DNA of 63,972 bases, filler included, from Piptocephalis cylindrospora (lineage: Eukaryota), in the NCBI GenBank assembly GCA_003614145.1. It is 17 parts of 17 records of this genome, joined end to end, with 100 filler letters (N's around TTAATTAATTAA, not from the genome) between each part and the next. Parts side by side here need not be neighbours in the genome. Positions count along the whole stretch, not along the records: positions 23,085 to 26,807 come from KZ988636.1; positions 26,908 to 30,624 come from KZ988637.1; positions 30,725 to 34,436 come from KZ988638.1; positions 34,537 to 38,238 come from KZ988639.1; positions 38,339 to 42,039 come from KZ988640.1; 12 more parts are not named here. The stretch is one strand, 5' to 3'. A program made the translations under genes and the position numbers. Shown one piece after another: positions 23,949-38,374 of this stretch. The notes under the pieces are model-generated. The model was not told the origin of the DNA and made no database searches. It saw only the letters and a list, made by a program, of their open reading frames with translations. Position 1 is the stretch's first letter; each line of letters starts with the position of its first letter.

Positions 23949-24714
23949 GACGATAATTTCGAGATGAGTGAGTGAGCGTGTGTGTGAGGAAGGAAGAGAG
24001 GATGTCGGGCGAAGGAAATGAACTCTCAGAGTTTCTAGATGGGGAGAAGAGGAAGAGGAAGAGAGAGAGAGAGAGAGACGGGAGAACGAAGGGATGCCAG
24101 AAGGATGCTTCGTCGAGGAGCGTCGGACTGAGCGGGAGGGGAAAGAGCGAGAGGGCGTGGAGTGAGGAGCAAGGAGAGGAGAAATGAAAGGAGGAGGGGA
24201 GAGAGAAGTGGAGAAAGGAAGGGAAAGGGGGAAGGGGAGAGGGAAGAAAGGAAGGGAGGATAGGACTGGATCTTTGGGGAAAAATTATCAAAGGGAGGAG
24301 GGTATTTAGATATGGACGCCCATCCCCGACTACAGCTCACGTTACTAGAGTATTGTCGCTTTCCTCTCCCACTCATTTGATCTCCGCTGCAAAGTATGTA
24401 CCCAGACCTTCGCGGTCATCTAATCGGGGTTTCCAAGGCGCCCAGATGGATCATCAACTCCGTCCAACTCCGACTGGAATAGAGCTAGACTCCTCATACC
24501 GTGAAGGTTATTCAGTCTCCGCTTCTCAAATTTGGAGGGCGACGGTTCTTTCTTCATCGCCCCATCCAGGGTCATCTCTCTGCCCTGATTAAACCTTGAT
24601 CAGGGATGATTAGGCATGTATTGAGGAGGGACTAGGGAAGTGAGACCATCCGGTCTCTCTGACCCCACCCCCCATAACCCAAGTGGTAGTTTGGGCCGTG
24701 TGGCCTATAGACCT

Positions 24715-26458
24715 ATGTCCTCCTCCCCGGAATCGGCCTTTGGTTCCCCCTCCCCCATGTCCCCCTACTCCTACTCCTCCTCCACTTCCTCCATAGCTTC
24801 CTCCTCTCCTCATGGGTCCAACTCTGCCTCCCCGACCCCGGCAGGGAGGATGAAGCACAGGTACTCGGTGGCCTCGGCCACCACAGGCCACTCCGCCTCC
24901 GCAGGTTCCAGGTACTCCACGGCCACCGGTCTAGGCCCCAGGTCCTCTCGACTGGGTGGAATGAAGAGTCCGGGGTCCGGGATCAATGGTGGTCCGGGGA
25001 ACCGTGGGTCCATGGCCGCTTCCTCCGTTGCCATGTCCCTCCGTAGTAAACGGGCCTCCTCCATCGCCGCCATGGGTCCCACCCTACCCACGGATGTTTC
25101 CCCCGATTCCATCGCCGAACCCCTTGAACTGGCCGGTACCAATCAGGCCAGGAAGAATGCCATGCGCGTCACCGCCTCCGCCACCCTCACCACAGACCCC
25201 ATGGCCATGCTCACCTATCGGGAGAATGCCCGAAGGAGCGGGGACCCTGCCCTTCAACTCACCTTTGCCAAATACCTCTTGGACACTGTGGGTCTGGCCG
25301 CCGCCAACCCCATCCTAGGTACCGATGGTGAGCTGGAAGCCGAAGTCATTGCCGAGGCCCAGGGCCTTGATGGTCCCGATATCATCATGGATACTCGTCG
25401 GAAGGAGATGCTTATCGAGGCCATCTACTGGATCGATCGATTGGCCCGAGCCGGCGATGGTGAGGGTTCCCTTATCCTCGGTACATGGCTTGAGGAGGGC
25501 ATCATGGGCAAGAGAAAGAACGAGCGGGCTGCCATCCGTCTTTACATGGTCGCCTCCAAGGCCGGTGTTGGCGCCGGGACCTGGAGGGCAGCCACGATGC
25601 AAGAACGTAAAGGTGACATTAGTAAAGCGGTTAACCTCTACAAGAAGGCTGCCAAACAAGGCAATCCTCAGGCCAATTATGTAAGTCAACTCGCGTCTCC
25701 CCCCTGAATCCTTGCTAATTGCTCTAAATCATCGCTCTATTCACTCACCCCCTCCCCCCTCGGTCATATAGCGTATGGCAAAGGCCTATCTCAAGGGCGA
25801 ACTCAAGGTGAAACCTTCGGAGAGGAATGCCCTTACCTGTCTAAGGGTCGCTACCAAAAATGCCAACAGCGATTGCCCAGACGGAGCCTTCCTTCTTGCT
25901 GAGCTTCTCGCGGATTGGCACCCTGAATGGCACATTGATCAGAGATGGCGGAGTGACGAGGAGGCTCTCAAGGCCCTGCTACGTGCCGGGAAATTCGAGT
26001 ACGCCCCGGCCACCCGGCAGCTCGGAAGGGTCTTTGGTCAAGGGCTCCTCGGGTGCACCCGTGACCCCGCTGCCTCCGTCTCCTGGTATCGCAAGGCCGC
26101 TGAGGTCGGGGATGGTGAGGCAATGCTCGGCCTGGCCATATGGTGTGCTCGTGGATACCCCGGAGTCTTTGATGTGGATGGTCGAGCGGCTTTTGAGTGG
26201 TGTCGCCGGAGTGTCGAGGAAGGTTACCAACCCGCTGAATACGTCTTTGGCTACATGCACGAAGTGGGTCTAGGGGTCAAGCAGGAGATGACCGTAGCCA
26301 AGGCCTGGTATGAACGGGCTGCTAAGGCCGGATACGAAGAGGCGCGGAAGCGGTTAAAGTCTGGTCACGTAGGCCAAACCCCGCCCTCCCCCCTTATGTT
26401 GGACGGAGAAGTGGTTCTTGGAGTAGATGGGGCTAGGGTGAAGAGTAAGGCCAAGTAA
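24715..26458 (+). CDS. Sel1-like repeat protein (Chs4/Skt5 chitin-synthase-activator-like)
   Basis: YRENARRSGDPALQLTFAKYL precedes multiple Sel1 repeats (A..LY..AA..G; SVSWYRKAAEVG; AEYVFGYMHEVGLGV..A..WY.RAA..G). Intron 25681-25771. Start codon uncertain. Confidence 0.8.
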
Positions 26459-27866
26459 ACAGACCAGGCGGTTAAGATGTGTTGATGCTTTTTTTCCCTC
26501 CCCCAAAATCATCCCATCTTATATATAGTAGATATATTTATCCCAGCATACCGAGTGACCGTGGATCAGTATCAGTATCCTCTTGTTTTTTCAACCCTTC
26601 TTCATAAGTAGCGTTAGAAATGCTCAACACCAAGGGGTACATGTCTTTCTTCCACTATTGTCTCCACATCATTCACTCCCTGTGCTCTCACAGCTGGTTG
26701 GATCCACTACTGCATAGCCAGGCATATTCTGAATGGGCTTTATTTTCCTAGAATGCAGGGCATCGGATTGGTATGATCAGGATGGTCTCACTTCCCTAGT
26801 CCCTCCTNNNNNNNNNNNNNNNNNNNNNNNNNNNNNNNNNNNNNNNNNNNNTTAATTAATTAANNNNNNNNNNNNNNNNNNNNNNNNNNNNNNNNNNNNN
26901 NNNNNNNAACCCGAGCCATATTTTTCTCTCATCTTCAGTATGCAGGGTTTATGATGGTCCTCATATCTTTTGACTCTATCATTCTTAATGTCCAATGCCA
27001 TCCAAAATACCACGCACTACACCTATATCCACGTCATAACGGGTCAGGGATCACGGTAGGATATTCAACGAGAGTTTTAGAGAGATGCTGAACGTCAACG
27101 ACAACACCTTCCTCCCATGACCGTTGCTCTTTCTCTTCCCCGGAGCTTTACCTAAGCAAGACCCTTTTCCCAAGGAGACACTTGAGGGACAACAGATTGA
27201 TCTTCCTGATGACCATCACCACTGCACGATACGATGCATCCTTGGCGACTACGACCCATCCGCTCAATCCGACTTTCATGATGACCCATCGATGCCCGCG
27301 CACACACATACCGACACACATAAAGGGGTAAAAGGGGACCAAAAGGCTAAGTCGAGCAGTACTGCAGGTCTTGTGATATCGTGTCAACTCCGAACCCCTT
27401 TTTTCGCCCTCCGACGCTCCCGAGCTGGATCTCCAGGTAAATCACTCCTTTTTTGGGCCAGCTCATGACCACGATAACCCCCACTCCTTTCTCACCTCAT
27501 TTCACCTCACCTCATCATTTCATCTTTCATCTTCCCTCCTTCCCTCCCTCCTTTCCACCTGATCCCTTCCCCTTATTTCTTCTTTCCTTTCCCGATTCAT
27601 ATCCTCTCTCTCCTTCTACCCACGCCCTGTGCAGTCAAATACTCAAGAACGGCAAAGTAGGAACCGCTGTGTCGTACCTCCGTCTCTCATACCTCTGTAT
27701 TCTCCTGGCTTTGCAGTCCTCGCCCTCTCTCTCTCACCTTCACTGACAGATCCAATTGTCGATTGTAAAAAGATCTGCTTCATACCCTCCTAGCTTCTTC
27801 CCATCCTTCCACTACCACCCTCCCCTCCCCTCCTCTTATCCACCTCTCTTTACTTTTGAAAGGACC

Positions 27867-30241
27867 ATGACCCAAAAGACTGATCCAAATGAGCTGTATG
27901 AAGTCCTGGACAAGTTAGGACATGGGTCTTTTGGCGCCGTGTACAGAGCCATTGATCGTCGGACCCAGCAGGTTGTGGCCATCAAGAAGATCGACCTGGA
28001 GACGGCTGAGGAGGACATCACCGATATCCAACAGGAGATTGCCGTCCTCGCCCAATGTGAGTCCCCGTGGGTCACCCAGTACTACGGATCCTTAATCCGG
28101 GGCTACAAACTGTGGATCATCATGGAGTACATGGCTGGTGGAAGCTGTCTGGACCTTCTGAAGCCCGGAACCTTCCACGAGACCGAGATTGTCATTGTCA
28201 TGCGGGAGCTTCTCATGGGCCTTGACTACCTCCACTCGCAGGGGAAAATACATCGAGACATCAAGGCTGCTAACATCCTCCTCTCTGCTCAAGGCGAGGT
28301 CAAGTTGGCTGATTTTGGGGTGGCCGCCCAGCTTTCCAACAATAAGTCCAAACGCATCACCTTTGTTGGTACTCCCTTCTGGATGGCCCCAGAGGTGATT
28401 AAGCAAACGGGATATGATGCAAAAGCCGACATCTGGTCTCTGGGCATCACCGCTATTGAACTCGCTAAAGGTGCTCCTCCCCACGGGGAACATCATCCCA
28501 TGCGTGCCCTTCTCCTCATCCCCAAGGCTGATCCCCCCGAGCTTGAAGGTGACTTTTCCCCGGAGTTTAAGGAGTTTGTCTTTTTGTGTCTTATTAAGAG
28601 CTACAAAGATGTAAGTGACGTGATAGGAAGGGAGGATAAAAAATGGCTTTGATGATCCCAAAGACCCACTTACCTCCTTTTCCTCTGAATCCTATTAGAG
28701 ATTGCCGGCAAGACAACTTCTTCAGCATGAATGGATTACATCTTGCACTGCCCCAACCCAGACCTTACAGGGTCTCGTGAATCGACATGCCCAGTGGAGG
28801 TCCGAGGTGGGGGAGTCTTCCACTGCATCCTCATCCGATTTTACCCGTACCATTGGAACCGAGGAGAGCAGTATCACCCAAAACTACTCTTCTTGGAGCT
28901 TCTCCACAGTCTCGGATCATCGTTTTACCCGTGACTTTGATCAGGATGGGGACAGGACGAGAGATGGAGATTCCATGGATGGAGCTGGTCTAGCCAGAGG
29001 GGATGAGTCCCTGGAAGAGGCCATTAATATGACTGGCCATGCAACTGACATGGATTATCAGCGTTCCGTAAGTGCTCTCCCAGGGGAAGGGAGATTGGTG
29101 AGATGTACTCATTCACTAAGATTCATCCGTCCCTCCATAGTATGAAGACTATTACAATCCCTCCGATTCTCAAGAGGTCGATGAAGGATCCACCATCAGG
29201 CTCTCCGATCTCAATGCTCTGGATGCTCTCTGTGTTCCAGGGAGGAGCCCTTCGGCCAAGGAGATCGAGGCGGTGACATCCTCCCTTCCCCCAGGGGCAA
29301 AAGAGGAGGCCATTCGTGCCCTGGCCTCTACAGAGGCTCGGCTTTCCCCAAACCCCAATGGTCGTTTGGAGGAGGCCTCGCCCCCCGCTACCATTCGACG
29401 TGCCGGAGCTATAGTGAGTGTACGCAGGGAGGAAGTAGTTTCTTCTCCGCTACCCTTGCGTGTTGCCGGGAGAGGAGGGAGGGAGGAGGATATGTACCTA
29501 GCAGGAAGGGAACTGGCCTGTCAAGTACTTCTTCCTGCTTTAGCCCGTGTCCGGGAAAAGTCCTCTTCCCGGGATGTACCAGCTAGTTCCACTCCAGATC
29601 ATGGAAGGGAGGCTGAAAAGTACGGCGAGGAGGGAGAAGAGGAGGATGAGGCGGATAGGGGTTTACGAATTCTAGAGCATGGTGTCATTGAGCTGGAAAA
29701 GGCCCATCCCGAACTTTTGTTTGTTACCATGGCCGAGGTAATGCGTCGCTTGCATGGGAGGCCCGACCTCCAGGCCAAGGTATCCTACGAGAGGGTCCAA
29801 ACCACCACCACCACCGCCACTACCGCCGAGGCCACCGCCACCCTTTCGGCCCGTCCTGTCACAGATGGATCTGAGGGGGAAAAGGCCGGGGAGACGGGGA
29901 TGGAGGGGCCAAGCGGCCCCACCCACCTCTCTCAATCTCCTTCATCCCCCTCTGCATCGTCCGGCCCTGCCAACACAAGTCCAGGGATGCCCTCTCTTCC
30001 TCTGGGTGTGTCTTCCTCAGCGGAACAGGCACTTCGTCATCTTCAGGGCCTAGCCATTGGGGGAGACGGGCCAACCGCGGCCTCATCTGCTGCATTGGGC
30101 GGGAAGAAGGCGGATGGAGCGGCCCCTGGCCCCACTACCCCTCCTATGACCCCTCCCGCCAGCGAGGGAGGCCCGGTCTTCCGGAGCCCCATTGTTGAGT
30201 ATCTCTACAATCGATGGTACTCCAAATGGTCCTTTCTCTAA
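27867..30241 (+). CDS. Ste20/GCK-family kinase, Sid1-like (3 exons)
   Basis: [53 protein letters not shown] and C-terminal [11 protein letters not shown]. Introns 28611-28698 and 29068-29140. Confidence 0.88.
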
Positions 30242-30724
30242 GGCCTGACGGGAACTCTTACTCATTAGGAAGGGAGAGTGATATGACATTTGGTCCCATC
30301 CTTTTACTATTCATTCTATCAAATTTACATTCTGGTTCATCGTATTTTTCCCCATAAGTTATAGTATATGCATCATAAATGCCAAGCTTGAACCCCTTCT
30401 ATCTCGTCCATGATGATATGAAAGAAAAGCCCTTATCCTTTTAGGACCACAAGACACGTTGGTCTCATAATCACCTTTCAAAATACATTCTTAGACGCCA
30501 CATTGACAGGGACATTGTTGATACATGAGGGAGATTTGCAACACATTAGCCTGGCGTATTTGCTCTCCGACTCTGTTCTCCTCTTTCCCTCCCCACCCCA
30601 TCTTACCCTTAGCTATGCCATTCCNNNNNNNNNNNNNNNNNNNNNNNNNNNNNNNNNNNNNNNNNNNNTTAATTAATTAANNNNNNNNNNNNNNNNNNNN
30701 NNNNNNNNNNNNNNNNNNNNNNNN

Positions 30725-32515
30725 GCCCCCTCAGTCGTCACAGCCGAAGTTGCCCCGCCACCCCCATTCCGTCCGGAGGACCCTCCCTTTTTCTGAGAAG
30801 CCCTACCCTCCCCCCCATCCCCATCCTCCTCGTCCCCGTCCTCCTCTTTAAAATAGAAGCACACCTTGTTCAATTCACTCTTGGCCCCATCAGTTAGGAG
30901 GGTGGGGGGGACCTCAGGCCCATCCCGACCTTCCCCGGCCTCACCCGAGGAGGACTTGGCATCCCCGACCACCACGGTGTCCACCAACCAAAGGGCATAC
31001 ACCCCATCCTTCCCGTTGTTGTTGCCGGACTTGCGTGGGAGGTTCTGGAAACCGAGGGAAAGGTTAAGGACCTGGCCGGATCGAAGAGCTCTCTTGTTGT
31101 TGGGGCCGAGGGTAAAGGCGGATTCGCGGAACTCGATACCAGTGCCAAAGCCGCAATTGCGCACAAAGTGCTCCTCGAGGTCCGGACGATTGTTTCGGAT
31201 GTAATGAATGGCATACCCGTGGATATCGGCGCCAGTAGTGCCATCGCGTAGACGAGAGATCAGTCGAGTCTGAAGGTCGAGGAGGAAGGTGTAATTGGTC
31301 TCCATCTTACGATCTGGGGAAATGAGCAGGGTCCTGGCGGCATTGGCGCAGTAACCCTTGTATCTCAGACCAGAGGAAAGGATGATGATCCCGGCGGTCA
31401 GGGGGTTATCATCCGAGACGGCCGAGGGTCTCAATTCGTACTTTCCTCCGGATTGAATGATAGGGGAGTAGCACCAATCCAGCTGCTCCACATCCACCTA
31501 CAAATCACATGGAGGGACTTGAGAGTCAGTCATTGTTATAAGAGAAGAGAGTACAGACAGGCAATCCACTTACCTCAGAGGGAAGCTTGAGTCGGGATCG
31601 AAGAACAGAATTGTCCAGCTGACCCTCGCATTCCTCACTGAGTGCCTCATGGGAGACACGACGTTCCTCATCAAGGGCCGAGGCAATACGGACAATGACC
31701 TCGTTCTTGAGCATGGCAGCAGTGGACTTTGCAGCGAGACGAACATTACCCAGTTCTTCATCATCCTTCCTAGCCATGGCTTGAGCCCATCCAAGGCTGG
31801 CTTCAACCCTTTGAACAGAATCCTCCCCGGCGCTGGAGGCATGAATGGTCTTTGTCCATTCCTCCATCATTGGTCCTGGGAGTTGGTCCTTGAGGATCCC
31901 CCCGACCTTTCCCTATTGATGAGGTTAAGGGATGAGGGAAGAGAGAGAGAGAGAGAGAGAGACGGAGAGGGCAACCTACCCCAGCATCTTGAACCAGTTT
32001 AAGGATGGTGGGTAGAGAATCGGGATTTCCACGCTTATGGATAGTGAGCTTTTCACGGCCGACCCGGGGATCCTTTTGGAGTTCCTCGAAAATGGCGGCC
32101 TTTTTGTCTCCAGATACGATGTGTAGGGGACCGGTAGGTCCAACGAGAAGAAGGGTATTTGGGAACTCGTATCCAAACAGCCATGTCTACCGTGATGGCA
32201 AATCGGGGGAGATGAGAGCGTGAGAGGTGATGAAGGAAAAGGACAGTTTCACAGCCTATACGCATCCTCTCCAATACCTGAATAGCCGTAGATTTGACAA
32301 AGTTCAAGTCATCCGAGATACTTCCAATCACTGAGAGAAAGTAAGGGGCTTCACCAAAAAGGGAGGCGTTGTCCTGGAGAAGGGGAGAGAGAGGGGGAAT
32401 GGTGAGATCAAGGTAGGGAGGCATGCTAACGAGAAGTACGGACCTTCCAGGTAGCCTGGAGAACCTTGAAACGACGAGCAAATGCACGCGCGTCCAGGAC
32501 TACCTTGACCGACAT
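30725..32515 (-). CDS. SPT16: FACT complex subunit Spt16, 3'-partial
   Basis: Spliced N-terminus KSTAIQ/TWLFGYEFP; KDDEEL; WCYSPIIQSGGKYELRPSA; GLRYKGYCANAART; GFGTGIEFRES. Confidence 0.93.
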
Positions 32516-33265
32516 GATGATGAGGATGGGGATAAGAGGAAGAGGGAGGGGACGTGGGGAAGGAGGGAGGGAAGGGTGGGGAAGAGAGGAGGAAAGAGAA
32601 GGAAGCAATGGGGCTGAGTGATGGGCCGAAGAAGCGCTTTATTGTTACTCTTTCACTGAGTACCACATGAGGTGTGGTGGGGCCCGACGCGTCCTGTGGC
32701 AAAAGTGCATCCATATGTGAGGGGCGCGTTTCTCGCTCTGTGTGAGGATGGATGGGCATGCCAGATCATCATGTCTGGAATGTCCTTCCTCCATCGGGGC
32801 AATGAGCCTCTATTCTACTGCTTAGACCCTCCATCCAAGGCGAAGGGAGAGAGATTCATGGACATCAATCTTTCCTAGAGTAATTCATCGTATGGATGAA
32901 ATGGGACACATCCTCTATGTACGCTTTTGCAGGTGGTCTACAGTCTATAGAGCGATGAGAAAGGAAGGCCACAACACTAGTCAGAGATCCCACAGAGACA
33001 TACAGCGGCCCACAATGGGGCGGAGTACGTGAGCGGGCAAGGCGGATGCTACTAAGCTAACAGACAGGTGGGGGATCCAAGAGCGCTAGAGTATGAACGA
33101 GTGTGTGTGGACCTTGAGGTGAGTAAAGAGAGGACCCAGCCACACTCATCAGGCTCCCACTCCCACTTACGCAATACACATCTTGTCTCATTCCCTTCCT
33201 CTTCTGATCCCATTCCGTTCCATCTCCCCATCCCCTTCCCTATCCAATCCAATCCCTCAGAAAAG

Positions 33266-34301
33266 ATGACCTCGACAAAGCCAGATGCCGCTCAAGCCAA
33301 AACAGAGGGGGAAGATCAGCCTCAAAAGACCGCCTTGATGCCTCAGTCGCCCAAGTCAGTGGGGATTCACCCTTTGGTGCTACTGTCGGTGGTGGATCAC
33401 TACAACCGATCGGCCCGTAACACAAAGAAAAGAGTGGTAGGAGTTCTCCTAGGCCAGCCGCCCTCAACGTCGAGTCATGGGAGCGAGGGGGTGGGCATGG
33501 TGAATGCGAGCAACTCGTTTGCCGTGCCCTTTGAGGAGGATGATCAGGGGGTGTGGTTCCTGGACCATGACTATGTGGAGCGGATGGCAGCTATGTACCG
33601 AAGGACGAATGCGCGGGAGACCATCGTGGGATGGTATCACACGGGGCCCAAGCTGCGAGGAGCGGATTTGGCCATCAATGCGCTCTTCAAGCGGTACTGC
33701 GCCTCCCCCCGTCCTTGTGGTCATTGACGTGCGACCTGAGGCGCGCGGCCAGCCCACGGATGCCTACTACGCCGTCGAGGAGATCCATGATGACGGCACC
33801 CCCAGCACCCGGACCTTCCAGCATCTACCATCCGTGGTGGTAGCCGAGGAGGCCGAGGAGATCGGGGTCGAGCACCTTCTCAGGGATGTGCCAGCCTCCT
33901 CCACATCCCTGGGGAATCGATCCCTTACCACCCGTCTGACCAACCAGTTGCAGGCCCTGGGTTCCCTTCGGGAACGGCTCCTCCAGATTCAAGGGTACCT
34001 GGAGAAGGTGGTGGCGCAAAAGCTGCCCATCAATCATCAGATCCTCTTCCATCTCCAGGACATTTTCAACCTTCTCCCCGACCTCTCCTCCCCTCGGTCC
34101 ACCGAGGCCTTTGCCATCAAGACCAATGATTCCATGGCCGCCATCTATCTCGCCGCCCTGGTCCGGGCTGTCATTGCCCTTCATGGCCTAGTGGACAACA
34201 AAGTGGAAAACCGAGAGAAGGAGCGGGAAGCCACCAATGCTGTCCGGGCTGCCGATAAGGGACGTACGATCGACAACACTACCACTACCACCCCTGCCTG
34301 A
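33266..34301 (+). CDS. RPN8: 26S proteasome lid subunit Rpn8, with an apparent 1-bp frameshift at C6 run 33705-33710
   Basis: [30 protein letters not shown] and GWYHTGPKL in one frame. [22 protein letters not shown] and LQDIFNLLP in the next frame. Confidence 0.92.
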
Positions 34302-34536
34302 GATGAGAAGGATGAGGTGTCCTAGGCGGGGGAGAAGGTTGATTTGCCTCAGGAAAGACGAAGAAGATGGATGGGAATTTTTGCCCTCATGGATAAAGCG
34401 GATGCTTTTCTTTTATACGTGACTCATGACCATCCCNNNNNNNNNNNNNNNNNNNNNNNNNNNNNNNNNNNNNNNNNNNNTTAATTAATTAANNNNNNNN
34501 NNNNNNNNNNNNNNNNNNNNNNNNNNNNNNNNNNNN

Positions 34537-35372
34537 TGCGCCTTTCGCCGGCCAGGGGCCAGAGGATATCCTGTTCCAGACGAAGGACATCGGGGGCACC
34601 AGAGCCTCCGGAAGAAGAGGAGGCGTAATCCAGGGCGTACTCTTCCTCGTCGTCCTTGAAGAGAGTAGTGGCGGAAGGGGGACGACGGGGCTCGAGGGCC
34701 TTGGCAATCTCGGAGAAGACGGAAACGTCAAAGAGATAAACACCACAGGAGATGAGGTCGCTGATAAAGCTTTCGGGCTTTTCCACGTAGTGAAGGACTT
34801 CGTGGGTGGAGGGGTTGGCGACGAGACAGCCAAAGTTGTGAGCGGCCTCCCGGGGGACCTTGGTAGAAAGGATGGTGCACCAACCCTCGTGGTCCCTATG
34901 GAAGCGGGTCATGGGGGTGAGGGGGAAGGTGCAGGCGACGTCGGCGTGAAGGACAAAGAGTCTGTCGGGAGAGGATCGAAGGATCTGGTCACGGAAATGG
35001 TAGATGCCTCCAGCTGTGCCCAGGGCCGTGTATTCGCGGAGGTATCTACGTGTAGAGAAGTAAAGAGGATGAGCATTGGGGCGAAGGGGCCTACACAAGA
35101 CCCGTCCCTTGTTTGGGCGCTTACCGAACCGTCAAGTTGGAAAATTCGCGGCTGGCTTGGTGAGTAAAAGCGCGAAGAACGCTGTCCTCAAAGGAACCGA
35201 TGAGGTAGACCTCAGTTAGGCCCTCGACCTTGGAGAGGGCCTTGAGATGGTGGTAGATGACGGGCTTACCCGCGATGGGGAATAGAGGCTTAGGGGTGTC
35301 AAGGGAAAGGGGACGAAAGCGGGTACCTCGGGAGGGGCCTCCGACGAGGATGACAGCAGCGTAAGAGGGCAT
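34537..35372 (-). CDS. Mannose-1-phosphate guanylyltransferase, alpha (GMPPA)-type, 3'-partial
   Basis: AVILVGGPSRGTRFRPLSL..PKPLFPIAG, then an intron, then YLREYTALGTAGGIYHFRDQI, HYVEKPESFIS and LRLEQDIL. Confidence 0.92.
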
Positions 35373-36186
35373 GGTCTTTGTTGGATGGGAAGGGGGAGAA
35401 GACAAATGTCTGGTGAGGCGGCTACTTTGGTTGAGACTGGATAAATGAGGCTGAAGGAAGAAGGGATGGGTTGGTTTGAGGGAGATATGCAAAGAATATT
35501 GGCTAACCAGGGACGAAAGAAGCGACCCCCGCTTCCTTGGCAATGAGCGGAGCGTGGGTGTGAAAGGTGGAGGAAATGTGGAGGCGGCTGGCTGGCCTGA
35601 TAAGCACGATGACGGAGTGTAAATCTGACTTTTCAAAAAAGAACAACGATTTGAATTTATCGGTCCAAAAATGTATGAAAAATAATATATAAAACATTGA
35701 TGTTTCCGATTCGGGAGTTTTTTTTTGAGATTTTTGAGCGTGCCAAAGGACAATGAGAGATATTCCCAATACGGGGATGTGTGGTTATTTTTGACAATAC
35801 ATTACTCCTTTCAGAAAGATATTCCCAAATCTGGGATTGGGACTCCGCGCCTACAAGGGAGAAGAGCTTTTGATCGCTCTGACAACACACTCAAGTTATG
35901 GGAAGAGGCCAAGGAGACGCATACGACATTGGTTGGTTGAGTTCCTTGGGCCAGGAAGGATGATTGATTAAGGGCTAGAGACGAGGCTGTAGTGCTGTGT
36001 TACGGATCAGGGAAGAGAGGGATGTGGATGGTGTGGAGAGGAAGAGGACCAGTATCTGCAATCCACCCCTGACTCAAGTAAATCTGGGGATGGTGGCGTG
36101 GATGGAGCAGGGGAGATAAGCCTGAACTGTAACGACACTTCTTTTCTTTCCCCCTTCCCTGCCACTATTTACCAGCTACTCTAGCC

Positions 36187-37566
36187 ATGACTATGGGAAA
36201 ATTACTCGGACGTTGGAGTCGACTTGGTCGCGGGATGGGAGCGGTGGAGGAGTTGCTGAGGGGACAAGGGGCAGTTGGGGATGGACAAGGCCGAATGGTG
36301 TTCGTGACCCGGTCCCATCCACTGACACGACACTTCAATCAGTCTTCTCCCTGGATCCTGAAGGGGCTAGAAGAGAAAGGGCCAGTGATGGGGGCAGTGG
36401 TAGATACCCTGGATGGCTCGGCGGCTGCACAGCTTGCAGTGTGCGCTCTTGAGGCGCCGGGGAACGGAGGTCGCTGGATAGGGTTCCAAGCCAGACAAGG
36501 ACCGGCTTGGGGGAGTCAAGGGATTTCCCTGGGCAAGTGGAGTAGATTGAGCAATGCTGGAGTGGCTGGAGAGACCAAAAAGGAGGGAATGGAGGGGTTT
36601 CGAAGCATCTCCACCCCTCGACATACATCAGAGGGGACTGGGGAGGGGGAGCTGTTGGATACGCTGCGTCGACCATCCAACCAAGTCATCCAAACGATCC
36701 TCATGTTGACGGATAAGCAACCACATGCCATGCTGTACTCTTTTGACCAACGCTTCCCCGAGGCTGGCAAGGTAGGGTAGATGGAGGAAGGGGGGTCATG
36801 GTAGCCACTAATCCGTAATATTCTCTCAGATGGGTATGATTGGGGCATCGACGCCCTTTGCCAATGGCCTGCCCTTTACGCTCTTTGATGAGCATGGGAT
36901 ACGAGTCNNNNNNNNNNGGAGGGGTGGGAATGGCCTTATCCGTGCCCAAGCAGGCAAGCATCATGACCCAGGACATTTCCGTTCATCATCCGGGACTAAG
37001 GTCATTGCAACAGGATGATTCCAAGGAGGAGATGACAATTACACGGTAAGAGTGGATGAGATGAGTGTAGTCTTGTCGGTTCCTCGTCTAATCACCATCA
37101 ATGCTCTCGTAGTGTTCGTGGAAATGTCATTGTGGAATTGGATGGGGGATCAGCCACTCAAAGGCTGCTTCAAAGGGTGAAAATGTCGGGTAGTCCAGGG
37201 GGAAAGGATGCTCGGTATTTCCTTGCCTGGGATCAAGGAGGACGAAAGGTGGGCGAGATCCTCAGTGGAGATCCTGGACGTGGAGCGATGGCAATTGATA
37301 CAGTAGAGGACTTGACGGTCGGGATGCGCGTTCGATGGATGGTGACAGATGGTGATGGTGTGGGTAAGGGCGACCCAAGCCAGGATAAATCCTGGAGACT
37401 GGAAGTGACAGATCCTGAGGGATTGGAACAGCCCTCTGGACCAGGGGTGGGCAGCGAGAATGGGCTATTGATTGGGGCGGCTTACCAGCGATCTTGGGTA
37501 TGTCGATCGCCCCATTCCTATTTATCTTTGCCTGGAGTGAGATTGGATGGAGTACGGAAGATGTGA
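36187..37566 (+). CDS. FIST-domain-like protein (3 exons; 10-N gap at 36908-36917)
   Basis: Spliced product has KMGMIGASTPFANGLPFTLF, GGVGMAL and MTITRVRGNVIVELDGGSATQRLL, as in fungal FIST_C proteins. Confidence 0.6.
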
Positions 37567-38374
37567 AGTGAATGTACCGTGACATGATATTACTTGGTGT
37601 TGTTTCTAGGGAATTACTGCTGAATCTCATGCTCCAAGCCAAGTATGTGACAAGGGGCTGTGAAATGCCCACCTGACCTCGTCATATCCATGGAATAAAA
37701 AGATATGCAAGCACGGCTTGAACAACATACATCCAAACCATCTTCCTCGGCATCCTCCTCTTGCCAGACTTCCTGGTGGCAGAAGACTGCCATGGCTTCT
37801 AGACACAGCGTCCTTTAGGCTGGAAAGAGGAGAGAAACAAGAGTGATCTTGGGGCGCAAATCATCTTTTCTAGAAATGATCTGGTCGTTCATTGACAAGG
37901 ATCAGCGTCCATCTTTTTCATCGGTCAACTAACCAATGGCCGATCCAAAAAGGCCTCGGGGACGCATACTTACTCCCATCCAATCTTGACCCCTCAGCCC
38001 CTGTTCCACCGACCTATCTTCGGCTTGTCCAGACTCTATCTCCAACGCTACTCCCATCACCATTTCCCCTAAGCACAATCTGCAATAGACACTCACACCC
38101 ACACAGCACTCTCTTAAATACCAAAATGGGTGTCGGGGTAAGAGGCTTTGTTGGGCTAAAACAGGCGTGTCCGCGCACGCGTGCCTTGGAAACCTTTATA
38201 AAGGGCCTTGGTACGGGGTGGTTCACGAGGAAATGACTNNNNNNNNNNNNNNNNNNNNNNNNNNNNNNNNNNNNNNNNNNNNTTAATTAATTAANNNNNN
38301 NNNNNNNNNNNNNNNNNNNNNNNNNNNNNNNNNNNNNNCCTTGGCCGACTTGACCTCTTTTGTGTACGGAAGTA

